Shown here one piece after another: positions 1-9,559 of a DNA stretch of 64,000 nucleotides. Location: assembly GCA_024614665.1 (NCBI GenBank), contig GCA_024614665.1_4861.1. One strand, given 5' to 3'. Under the pieces are notes generated by a model that saw nothing but the letters and a program-made list of their open reading frames with translations, made no database searches and was not told where the DNA came from. The position numbers and the translations under genes are program-made. The DNA comes from a phage. Position 1 is the first letter of the stretch. Each line of letters opens with the position of its first letter.

Positions 1-305
1 ATACTCAGCTTACGGCTAGCGATATACTCTTCGTCTAACCGCCAGGCTTGTTCAGGAGGCACATCTAATCCAACGAGCAGATCCTTCTCATCTATCTCGA
101 GATACGCACCGTAATCACCAACCACCACACGGTTCCAACGTAGGCACACAGACACGCCACCTATTGTAGCAGTCCTTACCTTATCGAACCCGTTTAAGTG
201 TTGCTGATAAACTGACAAAGCTTCTTCACGCACTTTCTTGGGCAATGGTCGGTATCGATACCGTGCTGCCAAGCCCTCGATATACGCCAATATAGGATGC
301 TGCAT
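1..305 (-). CDS. hypothetical protein, 3'-partial (runs off window start); begins MQHPILAYIEGLAARYRYRPLPKK
   Basis: Minus-strand frame open from ATG at 305..303 through position 1 with no stop (translated by hand); absent from ORF track because it has no in-window stop; lies just downstream of terminator 322..353. Confidence 0.4.
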   Translation of the reverse strand, partial: MQHPILAYIEGLAARYRYRPLPKKVREEALSVYQQHLNGFDKVRTATIGGVSVCLRWNRVVVGDYGAYLEIDEKDLLVGLDVPPEQAWRLDEEYIASRKLS

Positions 306-321
306 ACAGCCCCCAGTGAAG

Positions 322-353
322 AAAAAAAGAGGGGCCGAAGCCCCGTCTTTTTA
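322..353. terminator. bidirectional rho-independent terminator
   Basis: GC hairpin GGGGCCGAAGCCCC (332..345) with A-run upstream and T-run downstream on the plus strand, so a U-run follows the hairpin on either strand; abuts stop of the 351..932 gene. Confidence 0.55.
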
Positions 354-932
354 ACACGTCGCGCCAAGTTCCGAACAGGGATCACCATCTTCCCAGTCGA
401 AAGCTGACATGCGTGCCCAGTTAAGTTGAATATCCACTTTATCGATTCGACTCAGTCGTACTGCACGATCTTCATTGGTAGCCCATTGCCAAATCTTATC
501 TTCATCGTACTTCGTCGAAATGCCCGATGTTGCTTCGCGGAAGTGGTCATCGGTACGCATATACGCATTCCCTTTGAACACATCCAACCGCGAAAAGCCG
601 TTCTCATAACCAGTCGCCATACCGTCATTATACAACTTACGATATTCCGGCATGGCAACGAGGAATGGCTGTAAAGCAGCATTGGCGAACTGGAATTCAC
701 CCAACTCTTCGATCTGTCTTACCATCTCCACCGCATCGCTATAACGTAATTTACGTGCGGTACTGAATGTTTCACGGAAACGCTCCAGTGAGATTAAGTC
801 CTGACAATGTTCTTTTACACGGTCAACGAGATCGGGTGCCAGGCTAGACAGCGAAAACGATTCTTTGAATACGCTGAGTGCCCCGCTACCTTCGGTCTGT
901 TTCGTCCACACCGTGCTACCTTGTAGCCACAT
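351..932 (-). CDS. hypothetical protein (193 aa), immediately downstream of the beta-prime-like gene
   Basis: ORF track; 13-nt spacing from upstream stop; followed by terminator; no motif recognised. Confidence 0.5.
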   Translation of the reverse strand: MWLQGSTVWTKQTEGSGALSVFKESFSLSSLAPDLVDRVKEHCQDLISLERFRETFSTARKLRYSDAVEMVRQIEELGEFQFANAALQPFLVAMPEYRKLYNDGMATGYENGFSRLDVFKGNAYMRTDDHFREATSGISTKYDEDKIWQWATNEDRAVRLSRIDKVDIQLNWARMSAFDWEDGDPCSELGATC

Positions 933-945
933 TACAATACTCCTA

Positions 946-1200
946 TTAGCCCATCACCGCTTCCAACGGAATGCCTTCTTCATCGTCCTCATCTGCCTCA
1001 ATAAGGAACTGGTTCTGCATACTGATTAGCTCGTTATGTAAAACCATGCCGTGTTCTACGCGGTCCACATCAGTAGAAGACATAAAGCCGTTATCTGGAC
1101 GGAATTGGAGCGCCAACTTCATCTCAGTTTCATCGACTGGCAAACGTACCTGGAACTGGTCACCATCGAAATCCTGTTTGTCCACCGTACACCGTTTCCG
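946..1200 (-). CDS. RNA polymerase beta-prime-like N-terminal module, exon 2 (catalytic DFDGDQ motif); 5' boundary approximate
   Basis: Translation ..KRCTVDKQDFDGDQFQVRLPVDETEMKLALQ matches the bacterial beta-prime region D ([23 protein letters not shown]); ORF track starts it at a GTG (1185) with no RBS, consistent with an internal exon; acidic C-terminal tail. Confidence 0.65.
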   Translation of the reverse strand, partial: RKRCTVDKQDFDGDQFQVRLPVDETEMKLALQFRPDNGFMSSTDVDRVEHGMVLHNELISMQNQFLIEADEDDEEGIPLEAVMG

Positions 1201-1559
1201 TATACAGCAGGTGTGCTAAGACACCCTCCTTATCTCTCGACAAGGCACAGACTATATCTTCACCATAGCTTACGCCTTAGGTGTTCTCCCACTTCGAAGT
1301 CCACTAGGACCCCTACTCGCATTTCAGCGATAGTCGTTGAACATTCCTCTCACGAGGCTTCGCTGCTGATTACCCATTATCACAACCCTTAGCACTATTG
1401 TTTAGCATAGGTCATCGTATCTGTTGTTTCAGACTTTCGTCCCCATTTCTGGTAGATACGCTTTAGGGTTTCCCAGCAATTCAGGAGAATACACATCGGA
1501 GGTTTCCCGTCCGATGGGGCTCTTTTCGAACCGTTAGCCATCTTTATCACACGGTCAGA
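1201..1559 (-). ncRNA. group I self-splicing intron (no homing-endonuclease ORF); boundaries about +/-25 nt
   Basis: Minus strand carries the canonical core elements in canonical order: P-like GAATTGCTGGGAAACC (1466..1481), Q-like AATCAGCAGCG (1361..1371), R-like GTTCAACGACTA (1331..1342), S-like AAGATATAGTC (1250..1260); interrupts beta-prime homology between region C and DFDGDQ; in-frame stops at 1395..1397 and 1216..1218 inside it. Confidence 0.6.
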
Positions 1560-2897
1560 GATACGCAGCGAACACTGGTTAACATCGGTAACAACTTCGT
1601 CGATGAACAGCGTCTGAATAGACAACTGTACCAGCGTTGGGTTACGTAGCGGTATAACCATGATCCCAAGACCGCCTGGGGATTCACGAATCAGTTCTTT
1701 AAAGATTTCGTCTACAAGCGGGTCATACTGCATTGCCGCTTTTGCGACGATACGTTCACACTGCCGCGACGAATAACCCCGGCGTAGCAGTTTGTTCTCG
1801 ATGTGGGTCGACATCAACCCAACCATCCAACGCCATGGTGCTTTTAACTTCCAGGCATCGTGTGGTTCTGAGATAGGTGAGATGGTTGCACGACCACCGA
1901 ACGGAATATGGGTGGAACCCAATTTCGCACGATAGTCACCCGGTTTACCTTCCATAGACTCACGACGGAAGTCCATGTGGAAGTACGTTAACTGACGGTT
2001 CGCTTTCAAAGCGCGACTAATCAGAAAACGCGGTTCGATCGCTTTACGCCGCGTATAAAGTAACGCGATATTTTTCACCGCATCAATAGCACCCGTGAAC
2101 ACTGGGTCTACCATGACACCACGACGACCTTCCTCAGTAACGATAAGTTTAGAGGAGATTAGCGGTAAGTGTCTTGGGAAGAATGCATGGCGTTGCGTTT
2201 CGAATAGCTCCTTCCATTGTAAACGTAAGCGTTCGCCTTCAGCGGCGTTATGCCGATTAGGTGCGAAGATTTCCTTCCAGGCTTCTGGCGTGGTAAGGAT
2301 GTTAAAGATACTAACGTGGTTATCAACCAGATTGCGCAAGCCACGAACGAAACCATGTTCTTCCAATACACGTTTCACAGCATGTGCGCGTTTACCGTCT
2401 GGTTCTTCTATAAGGTAATACGGGTCAATCATCCACATCATCAAGTCATTACCGCGTTCGATAGTGACCTTGTTACGTTCAAACTTCTTCAACTTGCTAT
2501 TAAAGAAAGCATTGAACATTGCCCAGAATCGTGGGTTGACGAAGTTACCCATTTCATCAGGTGCACGTAACCATACATCGGATTCAATTCGATGTTCAGT
2601 TACAACATAGCCACACGTCGGACACTTACAACCGAGATTGTAACGATGCGCGATCGGTGCCGGACAATCCAAACTACAAATCGGTGCAGAGTTCAGTTCT
2701 TCGTCAACGATTCTGTTCTGTACCATGCGATCGATAAGTTCAGCAACCTCGATCGCATCCCCGTTAACAGCGACATCGTTAATAATAGTGGGTGGTTTAA
2801 TACCTTTGGCAGCAGCTTCTATTTGCAAATCGGACAAATAGTTATCCTGACTAACCAACCGGCCGGATATTCCGTAGAATTTTGGTACCTTTCTCAC
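1560..2897 (-). CDS. RNA polymerase beta-prime-like N-terminal module, exon 1; 3' boundary approximate
   Basis: Cys cluster CSLDCPAPIAHRYNLGCKCPTCG (Zn-finger-like); GKPGDYRAKLGSTHIPFGGRATISP matches region B ([27 protein letters not shown]); VIPLRNPTLVQLSIQTLF matches region C (VLLNRAPTLHRLGIQAF); ORF track extends it to 1395 but the last ~55-65 codons are intronic read-through. Confidence 0.65.
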
Positions 2898-2979
2898 TCT
2901 GTCAACCTCAACAAAAAAAGAGGGAAGGACGGAGGCGTTAGCCCCCGTCCGTTTCCTAACTACTCAGTAACCGATTCGA

Positions 2980-4833
2980 TTACAGTTTGAAGTTGCTCAG
3001 AGACACGCCCAGACCGAAATCGGAACCGCTTGCAGACAGGCCGTTGCCAGACAGCGTGAAGTCTTCCCCACCGTTGTTGAAGAACAGAGAGGTCGCCATC
3101 GTGTTGTAGGCATTTACACCAGTCATAGACCAGGTGCAGTTGTTACGGACGAAGTCCAGCAGGCATTTACCGAAGATCGGGTTGATAGCCATATCCAGAG
3201 ATTCACCGGTAGCTTGCGGTGCTTTGGATGCGAACAGAGAAGCGGCCAGTTTCAGCATGTAGATACGCTGCTGACGCTCGTTCAGTTCACGGTGGCTGTA
3301 GGACTGTGCGTTCAGGTAGCTATAGACGTCGTTCGCGTTATCACCCAGTTTGGTAACAACGGAAATCAGGTCCATATCCTGGAAGCTGCGTTTCTGTGCA
3401 GTACCGGTGTAAACACCGGAAACAGTCGGTACGGCTGCTTTCACGATGTGGCTGCAATGGATGGTACCATTGAAGGCATCGCCCAGCTGTGCTTTCAGTG
3501 CAGAAGCAAATACTGCAGTGAAGCTGGTCGCTGCAACAACTTCGCCGTTCTGATCACGCGGGGACATGGAATTCAGAATAGCGAGCAGCTGTTTCAGAGA
3601 GTTGTCGTAACCGACCGCAATTTCAGACAGCATAGTAGACAGACCACCCAGGCCGTTACCGGCACGATGGCTAACTACCAGTGCTGCTTCACGCGGTGCG
3701 AACATATCCAGGCAACCTTCGATAGCTTCACGGCTACCGTCGATTTTGGATACATCAGGACGAGCGTCAGCACCCCAGGACAGGTATTCTGCCACACGGG
3801 AGAACTTGCGATCTTGTTTGTTCAGGCGTTTCACAAACAGGTCACGCCAGCCACCGATTGCCGCGATTTCTGCAAATGCAGCCAGCAGCAGCAGTTGACG
3901 TTCATACGGTGCCATTGCACCTTCAGTTTGAGAATCGACCAGACTTACTACGATTTCAGCCTGCAGCTGTTTCAGGTCGTAGACGCCGTTAACGACAGGT
4001 TTCTGACCGGTGAAACGCATATTGACGAAACCGGTACCGGATACACGCGGATACACCTGTACCTGATTGGTGTCCAGCAGAGTCGGAGTGGCATCGGTTA
4101 CGTTGCTTGGGCTGTGCTCAACGGTGATTGCGAAATCAGCACGCTGTGCGTGGCCGTTAGCATCCACAACCGCGCCATCTTCCAGCGGCATTACTGAGGC
4201 CTGATAACGGTCATGCTTACGCAGGTTCAGTGTACCCAGGTAGCCTGCGATACGACCGAAGATACCCATCATCATCTGACCCATCAGGGTACGTGCCCAC
4301 TCAGCATCCAGAACTTTACCCAGGTCTGGTACGGAGTTGATGATCATGAAGTTCGCATTGGTCAGACCATGCGCTTCCATGATGTTTTTCTGTACTACTG
4401 CCAGCACGTCTTTGTTGAACAGTTCAGTGATGGTGTAGTAGTCTTCCTGGCCGTTGTTGGTAGTTTCTTTCAGACGCAGAGACTGACCGCGTTCAAAGAA
4501 GATGATACCGTACAGCCAGTGGCCCTGCCATTGGCCTGCGACGTACGCCGCGGAACCCATTTCGTTACCCACGCCGACGATGGTGCCCCAGCGGAATGCG
4601 TTGAGGTATTCGTTGCTTTTCTTCAGCTCATCCAGGAGGTTGGTGAAGTGCATTGCATAAGTGCTGATGTTGCGGATGCCAAATGCGTTATCGAATTGGC
4701 TGACAGTAGAAGTACCCGGCACAGCAGTTTGCACTTTTACAGTCTCGTTGCCCAGACCGCCCAGTGGTGCGGTGTCTTGAGTCTGAGTGTTGTTCTGCTG
4801 AGCGTTGTTGTTAGAGTCAACGATTTTTACCAT
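2980..4833 (-). CDS. 617-aa protein with strong codon bias; candidate major structural or phage-nucleus shell protein (function unassigned)
   Basis: Long ORF with markedly host-optimal codon choice; sits directly upstream of the RNAP beta-prime gene; the long antisense ORFs across it are typical of highly biased genes. Confidence 0.6.
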   Translation of the reverse strand: MVKIVDSNNNAQQNNTQTQDTAPLGGLGNETVKVQTAVPGTSTVSQFDNAFGIRNISTYAMHFTNLLDELKKSNEYLNAFRWGTIVGVGNEMGSAAYVAGQWQGHWLYGIIFFERGQSLRLKETTNNGQEDYYTITELFNKDVLAVVQKNIMEAHGLTNANFMIINSVPDLGKVLDAEWARTLMGQMMMGIFGRIAGYLGTLNLRKHDRYQASVMPLEDGAVVDANGHAQRADFAITVEHSPSNVTDATPTLLDTNQVQVYPRVSGTGFVNMRFTGQKPVVNGVYDLKQLQAEIVVSLVDSQTEGAMAPYERQLLLLAAFAEIAAIGGWRDLFVKRLNKQDRKFSRVAEYLSWGADARPDVSKIDGSREAIEGCLDMFAPREAALVVSHRAGNGLGGLSTMLSEIAVGYDNSLKQLLAILNSMSPRDQNGEVVAATSFTAVFASALKAQLGDAFNGTIHCSHIVKAAVPTVSGVYTGTAQKRSFQDMDLISVVTKLGDNANDVYSYLNAQSYSHRELNERQQRIYMLKLAASLFASKAPQATGESLDMAINPIFGKCLLDFVRNNCTWSMTGVNAYNTMATSLFFNNGGEDFTLSGNGLSASGSDFGLGVSLSNFKL

Positions 4834-5018
4834 TTTAAATATTCCTTAATAGTGATTGCAATCATAGTTCGGTTCGCAGAGATAATATCTGCCTGTAATT
4901 TCATGGAATGCAAGTATGCCGTCGCTTACTTACAAGGCACATAGTCCAGACATTTCTCAGGAACTGTCACATAGATAATATCAATCTGAGATATTTTTGA
5001 CTGTGACTGACTTCCTAT

Positions 5019-6107
5019 GTGGAATCTAAGGAGTCTGCCATGTTCAGCCAAGCCGAGTTAAACCAAGTGGCCATAAAGGGTCACAGCACGGACCCCTCCG
5101 CTATAACATTAGCGGCTCACGTAAAAAACAACAGCCAGCGTATACGCAACTACTTCGAACAGCTTAATCGCAGTGCTGGTAATGGCCATTTGTTGCAACA
5201 GGTGTTGTCTGCCATCGGCTATGCCGGTGAACCAGAGTACGAAGACATCGAATGGGCTTGCCGTCGCAAGCTTGTTCAGATCGGTAACGCCTTACGCTTG
5301 ACGTCTGTTGGTGAGTACGGTCAAATCTTTAATAGCAAGTTTATCCAGGGCCAAGATGAGGTAATCTCTCTCGTAGCCCGCCCAGTAAATCCAGACCTTT
5401 CGTTCCGCGACTACACCCCCGCCCGTTACCTCTACCATGAGTATACCAACCTCAATTGGAAGTTCGGTGACGGACGGCCCCGAGGTGTTACGGTGATCGA
5501 AATCAACCTGGTTGCTTTGCTTTGGCAATATGTCAAAGGCCAGCAGCACTACAGTCGCGGTACCGAACCTATTGCCACACCTGTGTATCTCCAACGACAT
5601 GTGATCTCTCGCATGTTGCCGAGCTACATGGATATCGCCTTTGTAAATATACATCGTGCGATAGCCTTCGGGAAAGAGATTGAACCGGATGAAACATTAC
5701 GTGTCATTCCTGTTCCGCCGCTTCAAGCTTTAGCTGTGAAGCACGCAAAAGGCATCCGTAGTAAACTACTGGCTGCCAACCCGTTACCGGGACAAGTCTT
5801 AAACAACATCCCATTGTTCTTCCAACACCCTGATGAAGAAGGCCACACTGCACTGGAACTGATTGTCTTTCGAGAACCAGGTCAAACACTGCAGAACACC
5901 TGGCACCAGAACATGGTGAACTGGTACTGGGCACTGTTTTGTCTTCAATACAACCAGGGGAATATGGAGAAACACAAACGTACGATGTTGGTTGATTTGG
6001 CGCGTTATGTGGACTCTAAAGTCCTCACACGTTTGACCAAATCCTTCTATAACTTCATCCAACGCGATTTGATTATCCCGTTGATGACAGAGCTAGAAGA
6101 AAAATAA
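5019..6107 (+). CDS. hypothetical protein (362 aa)
   Basis: ORF track; ATG preceded by AAGGAG; divergent from the 2980..4833 gene across a 185-bp intergenic region; followed by terminator. Confidence 0.55.
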   Translation: MESKESAMFSQAELNQVAIKGHSTDPSAITLAAHVKNNSQRIRNYFEQLNRSAGNGHLLQQVLSAIGYAGEPEYEDIEWACRRKLVQIGNALRLTSVGEYGQIFNSKFIQGQDEVISLVARPVNPDLSFRDYTPARYLYHEYTNLNWKFGDGRPRGVTVIEINLVALLWQYVKGQQHYSRGTEPIATPVYLQRHVISRMLPSYMDIAFVNIHRAIAFGKEIEPDETLRVIPVPPLQALAVKHAKGIRSKLLAANPLPGQVLNNIPLFFQHPDEEGHTALELIVFREPGQTLQNTWHQNMVNWYWALFCLQYNQGNMEKHKRTMLVDLARYVDSKVLTRLTKSFYNFIQRDLIIPLMTELEEK

Positions 6108-6157
6108 GACTTACTCTCTCCTCGCGAACACTCTTTCGAGTATTCATACTATATACA

Positions 6158-6200
6158 AAAACTACACACTTCGGTGTGTAGTTCTTTTTTTTATTTTTTG
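6158..6200 (+). terminator. rho-independent terminator
   Basis: Hairpin CTACACAC-TTCG-GTGTGTAG (6162..6181) followed by a long T-run. Confidence 0.65.
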
Positions 6201-6208
6201 TCTGTCTA

Positions 6209-6406
6209 TTATTTTATCGTCTCCGTAAAATCACTTGCGTATGGTTTACCCCACACAGTGATTTTACGTTTCCGTTTGGCATCCAATGCCGTGATATGCA
6301 CCGTTTCGCCTGCCTGATGTAACTCAATATCCACGCAACCCCGTTCTTCGAGGTCGCGACGGATTGCGGTTATCATCTCTGTGGACTTCCCGCTATTTCG
6401 ATACAT
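6209..6406 (-). CDS. small ORF (65 aa) with P-loop-like SGKSTEM motif
   Basis: ORF track; NSGKSTEMITAIRR resembles a Walker A segment; overlaps the next ORF in another frame. Confidence 0.25.
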   Translation of the reverse strand: MYRNSGKSTEMITAIRRDLEERGCVDIELHQAGETVHITALDAKRKRKITVWGKPYASDFTETIK

Positions 6407-6674
6407 ACCCTTCCACCCGCACGTTTAAACCACCTATTGCTGCAAACCAACCGTCGAGAGGATTGTCAAATTGCTTGTCAATAGACACAACCGGTTTCAT
6501 GGTTTTCCAACGATCATCGCGTGGCGACACCGAACCTTCACACGATGCCAGTGTTTGAAACTGCGTTGGCAAAGACAACACATGCTGCCGTACCAGGTTA
6601 GGCTGGCTGTGCAAATAGAGCTGTCGCCAGCCCCAGTTATTTGCTTTACTGTTTCGTTTCGACACAATGTTCAT
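6393..6674 (-). CDS. small hypothetical ORF (93 aa)
   Basis: ORF track only; several overlapping small ORFs in this interval. Confidence 0.2.
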   Translation of the reverse strand: MNIVSKRNSKANNWGWRQLYLHSQPNLVRQHVLSLPTQFQTLASCEGSVSPRDDRWKTMKPVVSIDKQFDNPLDGWFAAIGGLNVRVEGYVSK

Positions 6675-6778
6675 CCTTTAGATAAGATAACCAAAGATTG
6701 AGTAGCGCCGTCGGTACCGGTGCTGGGTCCACCCACGTAACGGTTATTGTTTGTGGTACACACGATCGTGACTTATTC

Positions 6779-9058
6779 TTACTCCTCCGCTTCTTCCCCA
6801 TCTTCTTCCTCTCCATCACGTTCAGATTTCTTAACGTACTCACCACTACCTAATTCTTCCTTGACGGAATCTACAGACTCACCGTAGTAATCCGAAAGCA
6901 GACGAGTTCTGTTCTTGTCCATCATGAACACACCCAGACATTCCAGAATGTGATAGTAAGGTTCTACTGTGGAGAATGCGCTTCGACGTGTGTCTGCAGC
7001 ATCAATCAGCTCCGGCGGAATACCGAAGTTTTCCACCAGGAACTCTGGCAGTATCAGAGTGCGATAGGTACGATAGTTGTTTTCTTCGAACCACCGTGTT
7101 GCGGTGGTCTTAATCATCGGGTCTTTAATGTTTTCCAGCCACTCTTTAACGGCTGTTTTGTTCTCCAGGTTTACCGGAAGTTTCACGGCGTCATAAGGCG
7201 GTTCGTCCAGGTAGCCGTACTTCGGTCCAAAGATAGCGTTGTACATGCGGTGGTAATGGTAACTCTTTTCATCATCTTCAGAGTACGCACTACGGTCTTT
7301 GACGTTGGTTGTTTTCAGGTAGCCTGCTTTACCAGCGCGAATAGAATCCACCACAACGTGCTCAATTGCAGCAACCTTTTCCAGCAGAGGCAGAATCTTA
7401 ATCTTGTCACCACGTGCCACGATCTCACAGAGTTCTTTAATCGTGCGTTTGAACTCTTTCATGACCACCGGAGGAATGTTCGACGTACGTAAAGACACGC
7501 CCTTAACTTCTAACTCAGGGTCAGACTTCAACTGCCCTTCCTGGCCAGTGATGATGGAGAAATAGTGTTTTGCTTTCGTGGTTAACGCAAAGGAGTCGAA
7601 CTTAAATTCGTTCTTCATTGCGTACAAAAACAGACGCTCTTTCGCCACACCGATATTCGCCGACATACTCGCCATCAGATGACGTAAGTGCTGGGTTGCG
7701 ATATAAATCATCGCATCCGATACGCGCGTAGCTTCACGACCGTAATGTTGACCGGTATACCACTGCGCCCACCACTGTGCAGTCATCATCGTGGAGTCGG
7801 TATCAGATACCACGCCAACACGACGAACCACGTCAGGCATCCTGGCAATGTTGATTGGCAGGTTTTTGGTGGTCAGGATATTACGAATCAAGCACGCGTA
7901 CTTACCGATGGTTTTCTGCAGATACACAGCTGAGCGAATCAGCTCTTTGTATTTTTCCTGCTTATCCCACGGTTCCGCTTTGTTCGTGTTTTCGTCTTTG
8001 AGTTTAACGTCAGAGAACGACTTACCTAATGGCACGATATCAGTACGGAACTGCGAGATAATGATCTGCATGTCACCGTCGATAGAGCGCTCAGCAGCAT
8101 CCCAATCAGTGATCTCGTCTTCCATCTCCTCGGCAATCAGCGCACCGATAAATCCACGCATGAATTCATCGTTATATTTCGCCAGGTGGTAGAAGTCACC
8201 CATGTAGACAAACGCTGCACGTACCAGCGGGCTACAATTACCGACGTAGTGACGAATGAACTCCACCCCTTCCTCGTTACGGAAGTAAAACTCTGCAGAG
8301 TACATAACCACTTCCATAACCTCGTCCACAGTTGGGTAGTGGAGGTTATAGAGTTCCATACACTTCTTGAACTCCGCAAAGTTAGTCAGTGTACCGATAG
8401 AGAGTAGGTGGTCGATGACACGAGACGGCGTGTCGTAGTGACGATTACCGCCCAGTAGTCGTTCGTTGCCCGCATTACCGAATGATGTAGCTGTACGGCA
8501 GGTTGACGTCAATACAGAGTGTGAAGACTGGTTAAAGATTACCGTGTACGGTGATGAGAATGCACCCGACATCCCGTTGTTCAACGTCTTAACAGCGTTC
8601 TGTTCGTTCTTTTTGTTAATACGTAAAACTTCGTTTCCTGCAGCACCGGCTGCATACATCTCTTTCTTAACCACCGCACGCTTACGCACGTTCTCTGCCG
8701 TAAATTCAGCAAGCTTAGAACGCTTGACGTGTTCCGGCAAATAGAAAGTCAACGACGGTGCAGAAATGATCTGCTTATCAATCACTGTACGGAACAGTTT
8801 ATCTACCGTGGTGTATTTTTCTTCGCGATCGCCGGTCTTTTGATTGCGCACCCACATCTTACACACGGGGAATTCGTGTACTAACTCACCACCAGGTTGG
8901 AACATTTCTTCGACCTGCTGTCGACAGAACTCCAAAGAATATTTCCCGTTGGTGACGGTATGAATGTAGAGCGCCAGTTGTTCGTAGTACGCATCGATAA
9001 CGTCAATGTCGCGATGATACTCGTCTTGACTAAGACGAAATGGTGAATTGTAGTCCAC
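6779..9058 (-). CDS. large protein (759 aa); possible divergent RNAP beta-prime C-terminal-like module; acidic C-terminal tail
   Basis: Weak resemblance only: VGVVSDTDSTMM...QWYTGQHYGREATRVSDAMIYIATQHLRHL versus the beta-prime segment around the bridge helix ([29 protein letters not shown]); genomic context with beta-prime N module. Confidence 0.5.
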   Translation of the reverse strand: MDYNSPFRLSQDEYHRDIDVIDAYYEQLALYIHTVTNGKYSLEFCRQQVEEMFQPGGELVHEFPVCKMWVRNQKTGDREEKYTTVDKLFRTVIDKQIISAPSLTFYLPEHVKRSKLAEFTAENVRKRAVVKKEMYAAGAAGNEVLRINKKNEQNAVKTLNNGMSGAFSSPYTVIFNQSSHSVLTSTCRTATSFGNAGNERLLGGNRHYDTPSRVIDHLLSIGTLTNFAEFKKCMELYNLHYPTVDEVMEVVMYSAEFYFRNEEGVEFIRHYVGNCSPLVRAAFVYMGDFYHLAKYNDEFMRGFIGALIAEEMEDEITDWDAAERSIDGDMQIIISQFRTDIVPLGKSFSDVKLKDENTNKAEPWDKQEKYKELIRSAVYLQKTIGKYACLIRNILTTKNLPINIARMPDVVRRVGVVSDTDSTMMTAQWWAQWYTGQHYGREATRVSDAMIYIATQHLRHLMASMSANIGVAKERLFLYAMKNEFKFDSFALTTKAKHYFSIITGQEGQLKSDPELEVKGVSLRTSNIPPVVMKEFKRTIKELCEIVARGDKIKILPLLEKVAAIEHVVVDSIRAGKAGYLKTTNVKDRSAYSEDDEKSYHYHRMYNAIFGPKYGYLDEPPYDAVKLPVNLENKTAVKEWLENIKDPMIKTTATRWFEENNYRTYRTLILPEFLVENFGIPPELIDAADTRRSAFSTVEPYYHILECLGVFMMDKNRTRLLSDYYGESVDSVKEELGSGEYVKKSERDGEEEDGEEAEE

Positions 9059-9102
9059 GTCTGGCCCCTTGGTTTTTACTCAGCTATAAGACTTGCGGGA
9101 TA

Positions 9103-9142
9103 CGTGAAAAAAGAAAAAAAATAACCCACTCCGAAGAGTGGG
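9103..9142 (-). terminator. rho-independent terminator
   Basis: Minus strand hairpin CCCACTC-TTCG-GAGTGGG then T-run; follows stop of 9149..9559. Confidence 0.55.
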
Positions 9143-9148
9143 CTTACT

Positions 9149-9559
9149 TTAACCGGCAATACTCTCAACGATTTCAAAATCGACATCATTGAAACCGTTG
9201 GCAGCCAGGGCGCGCTTAAGGTCGTCAATCTCCTGTTTGTTATCCAGGGTGACGGTAAAGCGCACTTTCGTGTTTTCGATAATCTGAACATCACGAATCC
9301 AGGCATCAGCAGCGACTTTGGGTTTGCCATCAACACCTTTAAAAATCAGATACGTGTATTTGTTCACGTTATCTTCTGGCTGAGAAACAATGGAAGAGTA
9401 GATATTCTTCTGCTCCGCCATCACATCCATATAGCTTTTGGCCATTTCATAGCCAACGCCGGTTGCCAGAATAATTACACGCGTCTCTTGCCCTTTCAAA
9501 GGGGTGTCGTAAACAATGTTAACTTTTTGCCCAGCGACCAGTGTGCGTAAATCGAACAT
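9149..9559 (-). CDS. hypothetical protein (136 aa)
   Basis: ORF track; tightly packed same-strand array. Confidence 0.5.
   Translation of the reverse strand: MFDLRTLVAGQKVNIVYDTPLKGQETRVIILATGVGYEMAKSYMDVMAEQKNIYSSIVSQPEDNVNKYTYLIFKGVDGKPKVAADAWIRDVQIIENTKVRFTVTLDNKQEIDDLKRALAANGFNDVDFEIVESIAG

Noticed and set aside
194-388. Minus-strand ORF of 64 aa
   Set aside because: Reads through the terminator hairpin and overlaps the 193-aa gene; the same region is better explained by the partial gene 1..305 in another frame
1051-1392. Plus-strand ORF of 113 aa across the intron region
   Set aside because: Lies antisense within the group I intron and exon 2; His/Arg/Ser-rich, non-protein-like
3214-4944. 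Long plus-strand ORFs 3214..4197 (327 aa) and 4213..4944 (243 aa)
   Set aside because: Entirely antisense to the strongly codon-biased 617-aa gene; Cys/His/Val-rich antisense-type composition; no RBS
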